Shown one piece after another: positions 45,269 to 56,803 of a stretch of 64,000 nucleotides of DNA. Source of the DNA: Actinomycetes bacterium. GTDB lineage: Bacteria; Actinomycetota; Actinomycetes; S36-B12. A model generated the notes under the pieces. It was not told where the DNA came from, made no database searches, and was given only the letters and a program-made list of their open reading frames with translations. Position 1 is the stretch's first letter. Each line of letters begins with the position of its first letter. The stretch spans positions 75,156 through 139,155 of the forward strand of contig JBAXSI010000001.1 in the NCBI GenBank assembly GCA_037130755.1, written 5' to 3'. A program made the translations under genes and the position numbers.

Positions 45269-45682
45269 TCAGAACAATTCGGCCCGGTAGCCGAGTCCTG
45301 TCACTCGTTCCACGACACTCGGGTCGTCATCCACGATCAGGACCACCTCATCCGGGCTCCCCACCCCGACGAGGAGGTCCGCCTTGAGGTCCGCGGCCGG
45401 CCGCCGGTCGTGGTCGGGGCGCAGGACGACCCTCGGCCGGCCCATCCCGCCACGCTCGAGCCAGGCCTCGGTGTCCGCTCGGGTGCGTTCGGGCCGTCCC
45501 GAAACGACCACGATCTCGTGCTCCCCGGCGGCCTCGAGCAGCCTCGCCCGCCCCGCCTCGATGACGGGGTCCTCCCCGACCGCAGCGAAGAAGGCGTCCC
45601 AGTCCTTGGGCCTGGACTCCACATGGTGCTGTCGATGGGTCGCATCGGCCAGGACCCCATCGATGTCGAACACGGCGATCAT
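45269..45682 (-). CDS. Small HAD-like phosphatase
   Basis: 137 aa. MIAVFDIDGVLAD (DxDGV motif I). 13 nt downstream of gcvP, so probably co-transcribed. Confidence 0.65.
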   Translation of the reverse strand: MIAVFDIDGVLADATHRQHHVESRPKDWDAFFAAVGEDPVIEAGRARLLEAAGEHEIVVVSGRPERTRADTEAWLERGGMGRPRVVLRPDHDRRPAADLKADLLVGVGSPDEVVLIVDDDPSVVERVTGLGYRAELF

Positions 45683-45695
45683 CGTGCACGCCCTG

Positions 45696-48572
<2,877 letters not shown>

Positions 48573-48599
48573 GCGTCACCTTGACCGATCAGGCATGCC

Positions 48600-48835
48600 G
48601 GCGGCATACAGGGCTGACGGCCACGGTCGTGGCCGCCTCCCCCTCTGTTGCCCACGCATCCGCGCGACCTGAGAGCTTCACCGAGCGCCTGCCGGCACTC
48701 GGCTTTCACCGTCGGTAGGGACCGGGGTCCCGCTTTCCAGAGGTGCCTCTCCCGAGCGGTCCTGTTGCCTGAGAGGTTGTCGGGGAGATTGCTCCTTCGG
48801 CGCCTGGTTTGCCAGGTCTCTCCCGCCCGGGATCA
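48600..48835 (-). promoter_or_regulatory. Glycine riboswitch leader of gcvP
   Basis: The minus-strand RNA reads CGGGAGAGACCTGGCAAACCAGGCGCCGAAGGAGCAATCTCC...CTCTCAGGCAACAGGACCG, a textbook first aptamer. It is followed by CTCGGGAGAGGCACCTCTGGAAAG...ACCGACGGTGAAAGC...CTCTCAGGT...GGGCAACAGAGGGGG, a second and less canonical unit. A GGCCACG/CGTGGCC hairpin (48619..48634) precedes the ATG. Confidence 0.8.
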
Positions 48836-48884
48836 GTCAGCGACGCCATGCTAGCCGCTATCGGCGGATGTGCCGCGTACGGTG

Positions 48885-49487
48885 CTAGACGGCCTGTCGG
48901 CGCGCCCTGCGCGCGGAGAGCTCGTCATACCCGCCGCGAGCCTCGACGATCGTCCCACCGGGCTCCTCGCCGGGCAGGGTCGCCAAAGTTCCCTCGACCT
49001 CGCGCCAGACGCTGCCGACGGCGATCCCGAAGACGCCCTGCCCACCGCGAACGAGATCGACGACCTCGTCAGCGCTGCGGCACTCGTAGATGCTGGCCCC
49101 GTCGCTCATGATCGTCAGGCTGGCGAGGTCGGCACCCGTGCGCTCGGCGAGGTGATCGACGGCGGCGCGGATGTTCGGAAGGGAGACACCCGTGTCGATG
49201 AGCCGCTTGACGATCCGGAGGACGAGGATGTCGCGGAAGCCGTAGAGCCGCTGGGTGCCGGAACCGGCAGCGCCGCGCACCGACGGGACGACGAGCCCGG
49301 TGCGCGCCCAGTAGTCGAGCTGGCGGTAGGTGATCCCGGCGGCCGCGCACGCGACCGGCCCGCGGTATCCGATGTTGGCGGGCAGCGGGCGAAGGCTCTC
49401 ATCGTCGAACAGGACGCCTTGCGGGTCGACCGTCTCCGAAAGCTCGCGCGTGGATGCGGTCTTCGGGGTCACGCCCTCTGTCGCCAC
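48885..49487 (-). CDS. MerR-family transcriptional regulator
   Basis: 200 aa. HTH region AAAGITYRQLDYWARTGLVVPS. Conserved neighbour of gcvP and the DUF151 nuclease in actinobacteria. Confidence 0.8.
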   Translation of the reverse strand: MATEGVTPKTASTRELSETVDPQGVLFDDESLRPLPANIGYRGPVACAAAGITYRQLDYWARTGLVVPSVRGAAGSGTQRLYGFRDILVLRIVKRLIDTGVSLPNIRAAVDHLAERTGADLASLTIMSDGASIYECRSADEVVDLVRGGQGVFGIAVGSVWREVEGTLATLPGEEPGGTIVEARGGYDELSARRARRQAV

Positions 49488-49713
49488 TGTCGCCTCCCCT
49501 TGCTCGTGCGCCGCCCCACCGGTCCGAGCTCCTTCGCACAGGGTAGCGAAGGCTCAAGGGCCTTGACGGTGCTGACGTTTCCGTCCTCACTTAGTGGTCT
49601 TGACGGTAGGAGGGTGCGCGCTGTCGGTCAAACCACGTGCGCGGCGTGTCGCGGACCAAAGTCTCAACCTCCCGCTGAGGTTGCGGTGGCGGCCTCACGC
49701 GGCACTGCAGGGT

Positions 49714-50187
49714 TCAGCCGAAGTCCTCCGGGGACACCTGGTCGAGGAATTCGCGGAACTTCTCCACCTGGTCCTCGTCGGGCGGCTCGTCGTCGTCCGG
49801 GAGCTCGATACCCGCCGCTTCCATGACCTCTTCGGCACCCCGGATGGGTGCGTCGACCCGCAGGGCGAGGGCGATCGCGTCGGAGGGGCGGGCACTCACC
49901 TCGACCCCGTTGCTGAAGACGAGGAGGGCGTAGAACACGCCCTCCTGAAGCGACGTGATCCGCACCTCGGCCAACGTGACGCCGAGTGCCTCGAGGATGT
50001 CTCGGAGGAGGTCATGGGTGAGGGGCCGCGGTGGCACGATCCCCTGCTGCGCGTAGGCGATGGCAGTGGCCTCGACTGCTCCGACCCAGATGGGCAGGTA
50101 GCGCCCTGACTCGCGGTCGCGAAGGAGGACGATCGGATTGTTCGAGGGCATCTCAACCCTGACGCCGACGACTTCGAGATCCTGCAC
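49714..50187 (-). CDS. Bifunctional nuclease-family protein (DUF151)
   Basis: 157 aa. PIVLLRDRESGRYLPIWVGAVEATAIA signature. Confidence 0.8.
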   Translation of the reverse strand: MQDLEVVGVRVEMPSNNPIVLLRDRESGRYLPIWVGAVEATAIAYAQQGIVPPRPLTHDLLRDILEALGVTLAEVRITSLQEGVFYALLVFSNGVEVSARPSDAIALALRVDAPIRGAEEVMEAAGIELPDDDEPPDEDQVEKFREFLDQVSPEDFG

Positions 50188-50225
50188 GCCGACAGCCTAA
50201 CCCGGCTCAGGTCAGCGCGTCGGTT

Positions 50226-50951
50226 TCAGGCTCGACCGCCTCGGATCAGTTCAGCGCGAAGCAGCGCAGCGTGCAACTGTACGAACAACGAGGCCAGCTC
50301 CCGGATGGTCTCCTGCTCACGTGCCCGTCCGTCGCGATCCCGAGGCTGCGAGTAGGGCGTGGCGATCTGCTCGACCAGGCCACTCTCCCGGTCCGTGACG
50401 ACGCGGAACGACCGCAGGTGCCGGGCCTCGACCCCGAAGGCCGACAGCCGCGCCACGACGGAGGCGATGGCGAGGGCGTCCTCGTCGTAGTGGCCGGCGG
50501 GCGATGCCCAGATCAGGCCGATCCCCTCGAGCTGCGCGATGAACGCCTCGCTGAGATCACTGGCCGAGCCGAGCTCCTCGCGGGTCATCCGAACACGCCC
50601 GGCACCGGGCCTGAAGTCGTCTGGTCGCATGCCCGTTCCGGCCAGCGGCGCCTTCGCGGGCGCATCCGGATCCGGCAGTCCGTCGCCCAGCGAGTCGCGG
50701 ATCACCTTCAGCGGCAGGTACTGATCACGCTGCATGGTGAGCACCGATCGCAGTTGCTGAACGTCGTGCTCGTTGAAGCGTCGGTAACCGGAGGCGGTGC
50801 GCTCCGGAGACACCAGGCCCTCGGACTCCAGGAACCTGATCTTGCTGATCGTGACGTCCGGGAACTCCTTCTTGAGCAGGCTCAGCACCTCGCCGATGCT
50901 GATCGTGCCGCTTACGACGGGGCGCCGGGTATCGTCAACGCCCTCACTCAT
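50226..50951 (-). CDS. MerR-family regulator, FtsR-like
   Basis: 241 aa. ISIGEVLSLLKKEFPDVTISKIRFLESEGLVSPERTASGYRRF. Positioned directly after the FHA gene (ATGA overlap), like corynebacterial FtsR next to odhI. Confidence 0.75.
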   Translation of the reverse strand: MSEGVDDTRRPVVSGTISIGEVLSLLKKEFPDVTISKIRFLESEGLVSPERTASGYRRFNEHDVQQLRSVLTMQRDQYLPLKVIRDSLGDGLPDPDAPAKAPLAGTGMRPDDFRPGAGRVRMTREELGSASDLSEAFIAQLEGIGLIWASPAGHYDEDALAIASVVARLSAFGVEARHLRSFRVVTDRESGLVEQIATPYSQPRDRDGRAREQETIRELASLFVQLHAALLRAELIRGGRA

Positions 50952-51457
50952 GACGGGGCATCTAGTCCGAGCAGGAAGACGAACCGGAACTTGCCGATCT
51001 GCACCTCGTCGCCGCCGCCTAGATGCTGATCCTCCACGCGGATGCGGTTGACGTAGGTCCCATTCAGGCTGCCGGTGTCTCGAACGCTCCAGCCCTCGGC
51101 CCCGTGCCGGAGCTCAGCATGATGGCGACTGACCGTGACATCGTCGAGGAAGATCCCCGCCTCGGGCGCACGGCCAACCGTGACGACCTGAGCCGCCGGG
51201 TCAAGCACGAACTCGGTCCCCTCCCCCGGTCCACGGTGCACGACGAGAAGCGCGCTGCCGCTGGGCAGCTCGAACTGGCGTCCGCTGCCGACGGGGCTCA
51301 TGGCGCCCGAGCCCGTGCCGGGTCCGGTGAGGATGGATGTGATCGAGCCGGTGTGCTCGAGGATCTCGAAGGCCTCGGCGGACAAGGGAGCGCCGCACGC
51401 GGCGCAGAACCGGTCCTCGGCAGCGGACACGTGGCCGCAGGCGGGGCAGGTCGTCAC
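50948..51457 (-). CDS. GarA/OdhI-like FHA-domain protein with N-terminal zinc ribbon
   Basis: 169 aa. CPACG...CAACG at the N-terminus. The FHA core GSALLVVHRGPGEGTEF...GIFLDDVTVSRHHAEL...GSLNGTYVNR...GDEVQIGKFRFVFL closely matches GarA/OdhI. Confidence 0.85.
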   Translation of the reverse strand: MTTCPACGHVSAAEDRFCAACGAPLSAEAFEILEHTGSITSILTGPGTGSGAMSPVGSGRQFELPSGSALLVVHRGPGEGTEFVLDPAAQVVTVGRAPEAGIFLDDVTVSRHHAELRHGAEGWSVRDTGSLNGTYVNRIRVEDQHLGGGDEVQIGKFRFVFLLGLDAPS

Positions 51458-51460
51458 GGA

Positions 51461-51844
51461 CTAGCCCTTCTCGACCAGTGCCTGGTAGTCGGCGGCGCTC
51501 AGGAGGCCCTCGAGTGCGGCCGGGTCCGCCGGGCGGACCTCCACCATCCATCCACCCTGGTACGGATCGGAGTTGACGGTCTCGGGGCTGGCGTCCAACG
51601 CCTCGTTGCGGGCGACGACCTCGCCGGCGACGGGCGCGTAGAGGTCGCTCACACTCTTGGTCGACTCGACCTCGCCGCAGGCGTCTCCCGCACTGAGGGA
51701 AGCGCCCAGTTCAGGGAGCGATACGTAGACGATGTCGCCCAGTGCGTCCTGCGCGTACTCGGTGATCCCGAACACGACGGTTCCGCTTTCCGTGCCGCGC
51801 ACCCACTCGTGCTCGGCGGTGTAGCGCAACTCCTCTGGGTACAT
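51461..51844 (-). CDS. gcvH: Glycine cleavage system H protein
   Basis: 127 aa. Lipoyl-lysine context GEVESTKSVSDLYAP. Confidence 0.95.
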   Translation of the reverse strand: MYPEELRYTAEHEWVRGTESGTVVFGITEYAQDALGDIVYVSLPELGASLSAGDACGEVESTKSVSDLYAPVAGEVVARNEALDASPETVNSDPYQGGWMVEVRPADPAALEGLLSAADYQALVEKG

Positions 51845-51852
51845 GCGTCCTC

Positions 51853-52581
51853 CTAGTCTGCTGTGCTGGGAACTGTAACCGAGATGGCCATCGACTGAGC
51901 GGTTGTGGTGTCAAAACCGGCCCCGCGCGTGCGGACCGTGTCGGCCAGGCCGCCCGGGATGCTCATCGCTGCCTTCATCGTGTCCGGGTCCCCTATCGCC
52001 CGGATTACGAGCGGTTGAGGAATGGGGTTTCCGTCGACGAGCGTGCCCCGCGGGCCATCGGCGAACCACGTGTTCACCACCACCCGCGTGTCGCCCACCT
52101 GGATGGCCTCCGCCCCCGCATCCCGGAGTTCTTGAACCGCGTCCAGCAGCAACGGGGAGTCCACAGCGCCCTTCGAGTCGGCGATGGAGATGGTCAGCCC
52201 GGGCCCGGTCACGGGGGTGGTTCCGGCCAGGACCTGAAGTGCCACGACCCTGCGTTGCGCCTCGGCCAGGGCCTCGGCGGTGGAGCCGCGCTCGAGATCG
52301 GCCTGCAGGGTGGCAAGTCGCGCTGACTCTGCGAGGAGACGCTGCTGCCGGGCGTCGAGACCGTCGAGGATCTGGACGAGGTCCTCGGTCCGGGCGTTCT
52401 GCCAGGGCGACGTCCCATCCGGACGGATGACGGCGACGGTCACGAGCAGCCCCAGCACCAAGAACAGCAGTCCGATCGCGAAGTGCGGCCGCCGCGGCTC
52501 GAACGCGAGCTGCCGGAGAAGGGCCGCCGGCGACTCCTCGACTGGCGTGACGCCGGGCGGCTGCGCATCGGCCATGCTCAC
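51853..52581 (-). CDS. DUF881-domain membrane protein
   Basis: 242 aa. One TM, a coiled stretch, then TGPGLTISIAD...ELRDAGAEAIQV...IRAIGDP. Confidence 0.75.
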   Translation of the reverse strand: MSMADAQPPGVTPVEESPAALLRQLAFEPRRPHFAIGLLFLVLGLLVTVAVIRPDGTSPWQNARTEDLVQILDGLDARQQRLLAESARLATLQADLERGSTAEALAEAQRRVVALQVLAGTTPVTGPGLTISIADSKGAVDSPLLLDAVQELRDAGAEAIQVGDTRVVVNTWFADGPRGTLVDGNPIPQPLVIRAIGDPDTMKAAMSIPGGLADTVRTRGAGFDTTTAQSMAISVTVPSTAD

Positions 52582-52910
52582 GCCCGGAAGAGGATTCGGC
52601 GGATGGCGGCCGCGTTGGCGAAGATCCGCATGGCGAGCACGACGACGACGCCCGTCGACATCTGGGCCCCGACGCCGAGCTGGTCGCCGAGGAACACCAG
52701 GAACGATGCGATCACGACGTTGGACAGGAAGCTGACGATGAAGATGCGGTCGTCAAAGCGTCTCTCCATCAGTGCGCGGAACCCTCCGAACACCGCATCC
52801 AGCGCCGCAACGATCGCGATCGGCAGGTACGGCTGAAGGGCGATGGGCACGACTGGGTGCCACACGATCCCCACTGCCACGCCGATGAGAAGCCCGATGA
52901 TCGCGATCAC
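52578..52910 (-). CDS. Small basic membrane protein (DUF1290)
   Basis: 110 aa. IVAALDAVFGGFRA motif, sandwiched between two DUF881 genes with 4-nt overlaps. Confidence 0.75.
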   Translation of the reverse strand: MIAIIGLLIGVAVGIVWHPVVPIALQPYLPIAIVAALDAVFGGFRALMERRFDDRIFIVSFLSNVVIASFLVFLGDQLGVGAQMSTGVVVVLAMRIFANAAAIRRILFRA

Positions 52911-53728
52911 GAGACCCCTCCAGACGCGGGAGCCGGACTCGGCATTGCGAAGCGTGGCTGGTGCAGCTCCCCCGCCGGCAACGCTACGTCACGCGCCTTG
53001 GTCTCGGCGACCAGTCCGTAGTCGCTGCCGAGGTGCGCGAGCAGTCGGCCGACACCGGATGACGACTGCACGGCTGCTCCCGCCCCGACTGCCTCAACGC
53101 GATAAGGCCTGGCAAGCGGCTCGTAGTTCACGACAATCGCCTCGCCGGCCGAACGGATGGCCGTGGTGGAGATCAGCCGATGGCCATTGATGGCGATCCC
53201 GGTGGCACCTTCGCGCCACAGGGCGTTCGCGATGTCCTGAAGGTCCCGGTCGAGCACCTGGTTCAGAGAGTTCGCCGTCGCATCCGGCGCGTCGTCGACG
53301 GTGATCTCAACTCCCGCGCCCGTTAGGGGCAGGGTGCCCGACGTTGCCGCCAACGCATCTGCCTGCTCCCGAATCCCTGGCGTCACGTCGCCGTCAGCGA
53401 GAACCTGCCGCTCAAGGTCGGACACGTGTGCCTGCTTCGCATTCACCAAGGATTGACGCTCGGCGACTGTGGCTGTCGCGGTCGTCACGCGGTCTGCCAG
53501 CGCACCACGCGTTCGCTCGCGCTGCTCGTTCGCCCCCAGGTTGCTGATGAGCACCGACGTGATCAAGAGCCCGATGGCTGCGGCAGCAACGAGCGCAAGG
53601 GCGCTGACGAAGACGGGTCCTCGCCGTGCGGATTCCACGGGTGGTGCAACGTCGGCGTAGTCGTCCGCAAGCGCCGCGGACATGAATGACTCGAGCAGTC
53701 CTGAGGCGTGCGGTGCGGCTTCGGTCAC
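52907..53728 (-). CDS. DUF881-domain membrane protein
   Basis: Start placed at GTG 53728 (VTEAAPHASGLLESF), which forms a GTGA overlap with the stop of the upstream gene. The 74-aa Arg-rich extension of ORF 52907..53950 overlaps that gene. TGAGVEITVDD...WREGATGIAING...VEAVGAG. Confidence 0.75.
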   Translation of the reverse strand: MTEAAPHASGLLESFMSAALADDYADVAPPVESARRGPVFVSALALVAAAAIGLLITSVLISNLGANEQRERTRGALADRVTTATATVAERQSLVNAKQAHVSDLERQVLADGDVTPGIREQADALAATSGTLPLTGAGVEITVDDAPDATANSLNQVLDRDLQDIANALWREGATGIAINGHRLISTTAIRSAGEAIVVNYEPLARPYRVEAVGAGAAVQSSSGVGRLLAHLGSDYGLVAETKARDVALPAGELHQPRFAMPSPAPASGGVS

Positions 53729-56217
53729 GAGGCTCCCTCGACCGCGGCCTGCCAGCGGTCGAGCAGCACGGCAGCGCCCTTGGCATCGCCCGCCTCGGCG
53801 TACAGAACGAAGCTGGCCTGATCGTCCTCGGGAAGAACGAGGCACCAGCTGCCGTCCTCCTCGATGAGGCGGATGCCGTCGAGGGTGTCCATGCGGTCGC
53901 CGTCGGCCAGTTGGCGGACGCTGCGCATGGCCGCCCCCCGGCGATGCCATGCCACCGGCACTCGCCGGGACAGGACCGTCGTCGCGGGGATACGGGCGTT
54001 CAGCTGGCTCAGTGTGAGCTCGGTGTCGGACATCAGCGCGAGCAGCATCATCAGCGCCGACACCGCGTCTGGACCTGGTCCCAGCGCCGGCAGGACGAAG
54101 CGCCCGCGTCCGTCCCCGCCGAGGATGACGTCCTTGGCCTCTGCGGCGGCAGCCAGCGCGGCCGACCCCGCACCGATGCGACGGATGGCGACACCGTGGT
54201 ACTCGGCCACCTGCTCGGCCAGCCGACTCGTCGTGACCGGCACGGCCACGCAGCCATGGTGCCGTGCGGCGGCCATCAGGTCCAGCATGATGAGCAGCAT
54301 CCGGCCGTCGTCGATGACGTTGCCCAGTTCGTCGACGATGCTGAGCCGCTCTCCCGTCGGGCCGAGTCGAGCCCCGAGTCGAGCCCCTGACGAGATCACC
54401 AGGCCGCTGAGTCGGCGAAGGGCGGCCTCGCGGTGCGGAGCGGGATCGGCGGCGGCCTCCTCCTCCAGCGCAACGCCGACGGTCAGGGCGTCGAGCCCCA
54501 GTCGTCCCATGATCATCGAGAGCACGCCGATCGACGGCCCGCCGCCGGCATCGATCACCAGACGAGGACTGGCCCGTCGGATGGCGTCCATGTTGATCTC
54601 AGCCTCGACGTCATTGGCATAGTCGTCGAGGATCCGGTGCGGTGTCCGGATGTCACCGATGTCACTGGGCAGCGGGCGGCGGAACTCCTTGCGGGTGAAG
54701 ATCCGCTCGATCGCCTCGCGCTGATGGCTGCTGATCTCCCCGCCCTGCGGGTTCAGGAACTGCACGTCGAGGCTGTCCGGACGTCCCGGAGTCGTGCGCA
54801 GGATGACGCCACCATCGGAGTAGCGCGCCGTGTCGTTGCGGATCAGTGCTGAGGTCACCGCGCGAAGGTCCCGCAGGTTGATGCCAGCCGCCGTCAGGGC
54901 ACCCGCGAGCGCCCGGTTGAGAGCTCGTGCGGCCTTGCTGTGGTCGCGCCCGACGCTGACGGTGGCGCCCTTCGGCAGCGTCGTGGCGAATGCCGCCGCG
55001 AGCCGCACGATTCGCTCGGGCGTCATGTCGACGTTCACGATCCCGCGAACCCCGATGTCACTGAAGACCTGCCTCTGCGACGGCGACTCCCACACCACGG
55101 ACTCGTCGACGACCGTGCCCTCGTCGATGGTCTTCCCCGGGTAGATCAGTACGTCCGTGCCGATCACGGCGCCGTCCATGATCGTGCAGTTGTCGGCGAT
55201 GACGGCGCCCTCGAGGATCCGTGCGCCGTGCCGGATCTCTGACGCCCGTCCGATGACACAGCCACGAAGGTCAGCGTCGTTGCCGACGAACACGTTGGGA
55301 TGCAGGATCGAGTGGTCGACGATCGCCCGCGCACGGATCAAAGTGTTCGTGCCGATGACGCTGAACGGGCCGACGACCACGTCGGCCTCGATCTTCGCGA
55401 ACGGGCCGATGTACACCGGCGGGATGACCGTGGCCTCCGGCGACAGTTCCGCTCCGGTCGCAACCAGGACGCCCGGAGCCACCTCGAACGCCTCGATCGA
55501 GCTGTTCACAAGGCCGTCGAGGACGTCGCGCTGCGCCTTGGCATAGCTGGCAAAGCTGCCGACGTCCTCCCAGTAGCCCTCCATCACCTCGCCGTACACG
55601 GGCGCCCCGCGAGCGAGCAGCTCCGGGATCACGTCGTTGGCCCAGTCCCGCGGCTCGTTCAGGGGGATCTCGGCGAGCACGCGCGGGCTGACTACGTAGA
55701 CCCCCGTGTTGACGGTGTCGTCGGCCACCTCGCTCCAGCTCGGCTTCTCGATCATGTTGCGGACGCGGCCACTCCCATCGATCGTGACGACGCCGTAGTT
55801 GCGGGGGTCGCTTCTCCGGGCGAGTGCGATCGTCAGGTCTGCGTCGGTCTCGCGATGCCGGAACATCAGTGCCCGCAGGTCGATGTCCGTCAGGCAGTCA
55901 CCGGAGATGACGAGGATGTCGTCGTCGTCGAGCCAGTTCTGCGCGTAGCGGACGCTGCCGGCGGTGCCGAGCGGTCGGGGCTCGGTCAGGAAGCGGAGGT
56001 CGATGTCGAGTACGCGGTCGCTGCTGAAGTACTTCAGCACGATGCTCGCCTGATGCTGGAGCGTCACGACCACGCGTTCGACACCGTGATCGGCAAGCAG
56101 GTGCACGACCCGCGCGAGCATCGGCTCCCCGACGATCGGCAGGAGTGCCTTCGGCGTTGCCGTCGTCAGGGGGCGCAGGCGCGTGCCCGCTCCTCCCGCC
56201 ATGACGACCGCCTGCAT
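53725..56217 (-). CDS. Sugar-1-phosphate nucleotidyltransferase (ManC-like) fused to a left-handed beta-helix and a PMM/PGM-like C-terminal region
   Basis: 830 aa. MAGGAGTRLRPLT N-terminus, hexapeptide-repeat middle, and a C-half that aligns to the phosphohexomutase domains I-IV layout. Confidence 0.8.
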   Translation of the reverse strand: MQAVVMAGGAGTRLRPLTTATPKALLPIVGEPMLARVVHLLADHGVERVVVTLQHQASIVLKYFSSDRVLDIDLRFLTEPRPLGTAGSVRYAQNWLDDDDILVISGDCLTDIDLRALMFRHRETDADLTIALARRSDPRNYGVVTIDGSGRVRNMIEKPSWSEVADDTVNTGVYVVSPRVLAEIPLNEPRDWANDVIPELLARGAPVYGEVMEGYWEDVGSFASYAKAQRDVLDGLVNSSIEAFEVAPGVLVATGAELSPEATVIPPVYIGPFAKIEADVVVGPFSVIGTNTLIRARAIVDHSILHPNVFVGNDADLRGCVIGRASEIRHGARILEGAVIADNCTIMDGAVIGTDVLIYPGKTIDEGTVVDESVVWESPSQRQVFSDIGVRGIVNVDMTPERIVRLAAAFATTLPKGATVSVGRDHSKAARALNRALAGALTAAGINLRDLRAVTSALIRNDTARYSDGGVILRTTPGRPDSLDVQFLNPQGGEISSHQREAIERIFTRKEFRRPLPSDIGDIRTPHRILDDYANDVEAEINMDAIRRASPRLVIDAGGGPSIGVLSMIMGRLGLDALTVGVALEEEAAADPAPHREAALRRLSGLVISSGARLGARLGPTGERLSIVDELGNVIDDGRMLLIMLDLMAAARHHGCVAVPVTTSRLAEQVAEYHGVAIRRIGAGSAALAAAAEAKDVILGGDGRGRFVLPALGPGPDAVSALMMLLALMSDTELTLSQLNARIPATTVLSRRVPVAWHRRGAAMRSVRQLADGDRMDTLDGIRLIEEDGSWCLVLPEDDQASFVLYAEAGDAKGAAVLLDRWQAAVEGAS

Positions 56218-56227
56218 GCACCTCTCC

Positions 56228-56803
56228 TCACACCTGGGCGCGCAACTGCCATGCCTTCTGGGCGTAGCGTATTCCGGCCCACCAGTAGAGCACCGTGCCC
56301 CACAGCGCGAAAGCCCATCCGGCGGCCTGTGCGACCTCTCCGACCCACGAGTCGATGCCGCTGAGCAAGAACAGCGGGAAGCCCCAGAACAGGCAGAAGG
56401 TCGCGGTCTTGCCGACGTAGGTCACCGGGAGCGTCGTCCGGCCGGACTTGCGCAGGATCGGCACGAGCGCCAGCAGGAACAGCTCGCGAGCGACCAGGAT
56501 CCCCACCAGCCACCACGGGATCAAGCCGCGCAGAGCGAGGCCGAGGAGAGTCGCCGCGATGTACAGGCGGTCGGCCAGCGGGTCGAGGAGGATTCCCAGG
56601 TTGCTCCGCTGGTTCAGGGCGCGTGCCAGGTAGCCGTCGAGCCAGTCGGAGACGCCGGCCAGCGCCAGCACGACGAACGCCCAGATGTCGGCCTGCGGCA
56701 CCAGCACCAGCCACAAGAACACGGGCACGCCCAGCAGCCGGGCGAAGCTGAGAACGTTCGGAACCGTGAGGATGCGATCCGACGGCGGCTCGAGTTCAGC
56801 CAT
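56228..56803 (-). CDS. pgsA: CDP-alcohol phosphatidyltransferase
   Basis: Start placed at MAELEPPSDRILTVPN (ATG 56803). The motif SDWLDGYLARALNQRSNLGILLDPLADR fits D-x2-DG-x2-AR...G-x3-D-x3-D. Confidence 0.85.
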   Translation of the reverse strand: MAELEPPSDRILTVPNVLSFARLLGVPVFLWLVLVPQADIWAFVVLALAGVSDWLDGYLARALNQRSNLGILLDPLADRLYIAATLLGLALRGLIPWWLVGILVARELFLLALVPILRKSGRTTLPVTYVGKTATFCLFWGFPLFLLSGIDSWVGEVAQAAGWAFALWGTVLYWWAGIRYAQKAWQLRAQV

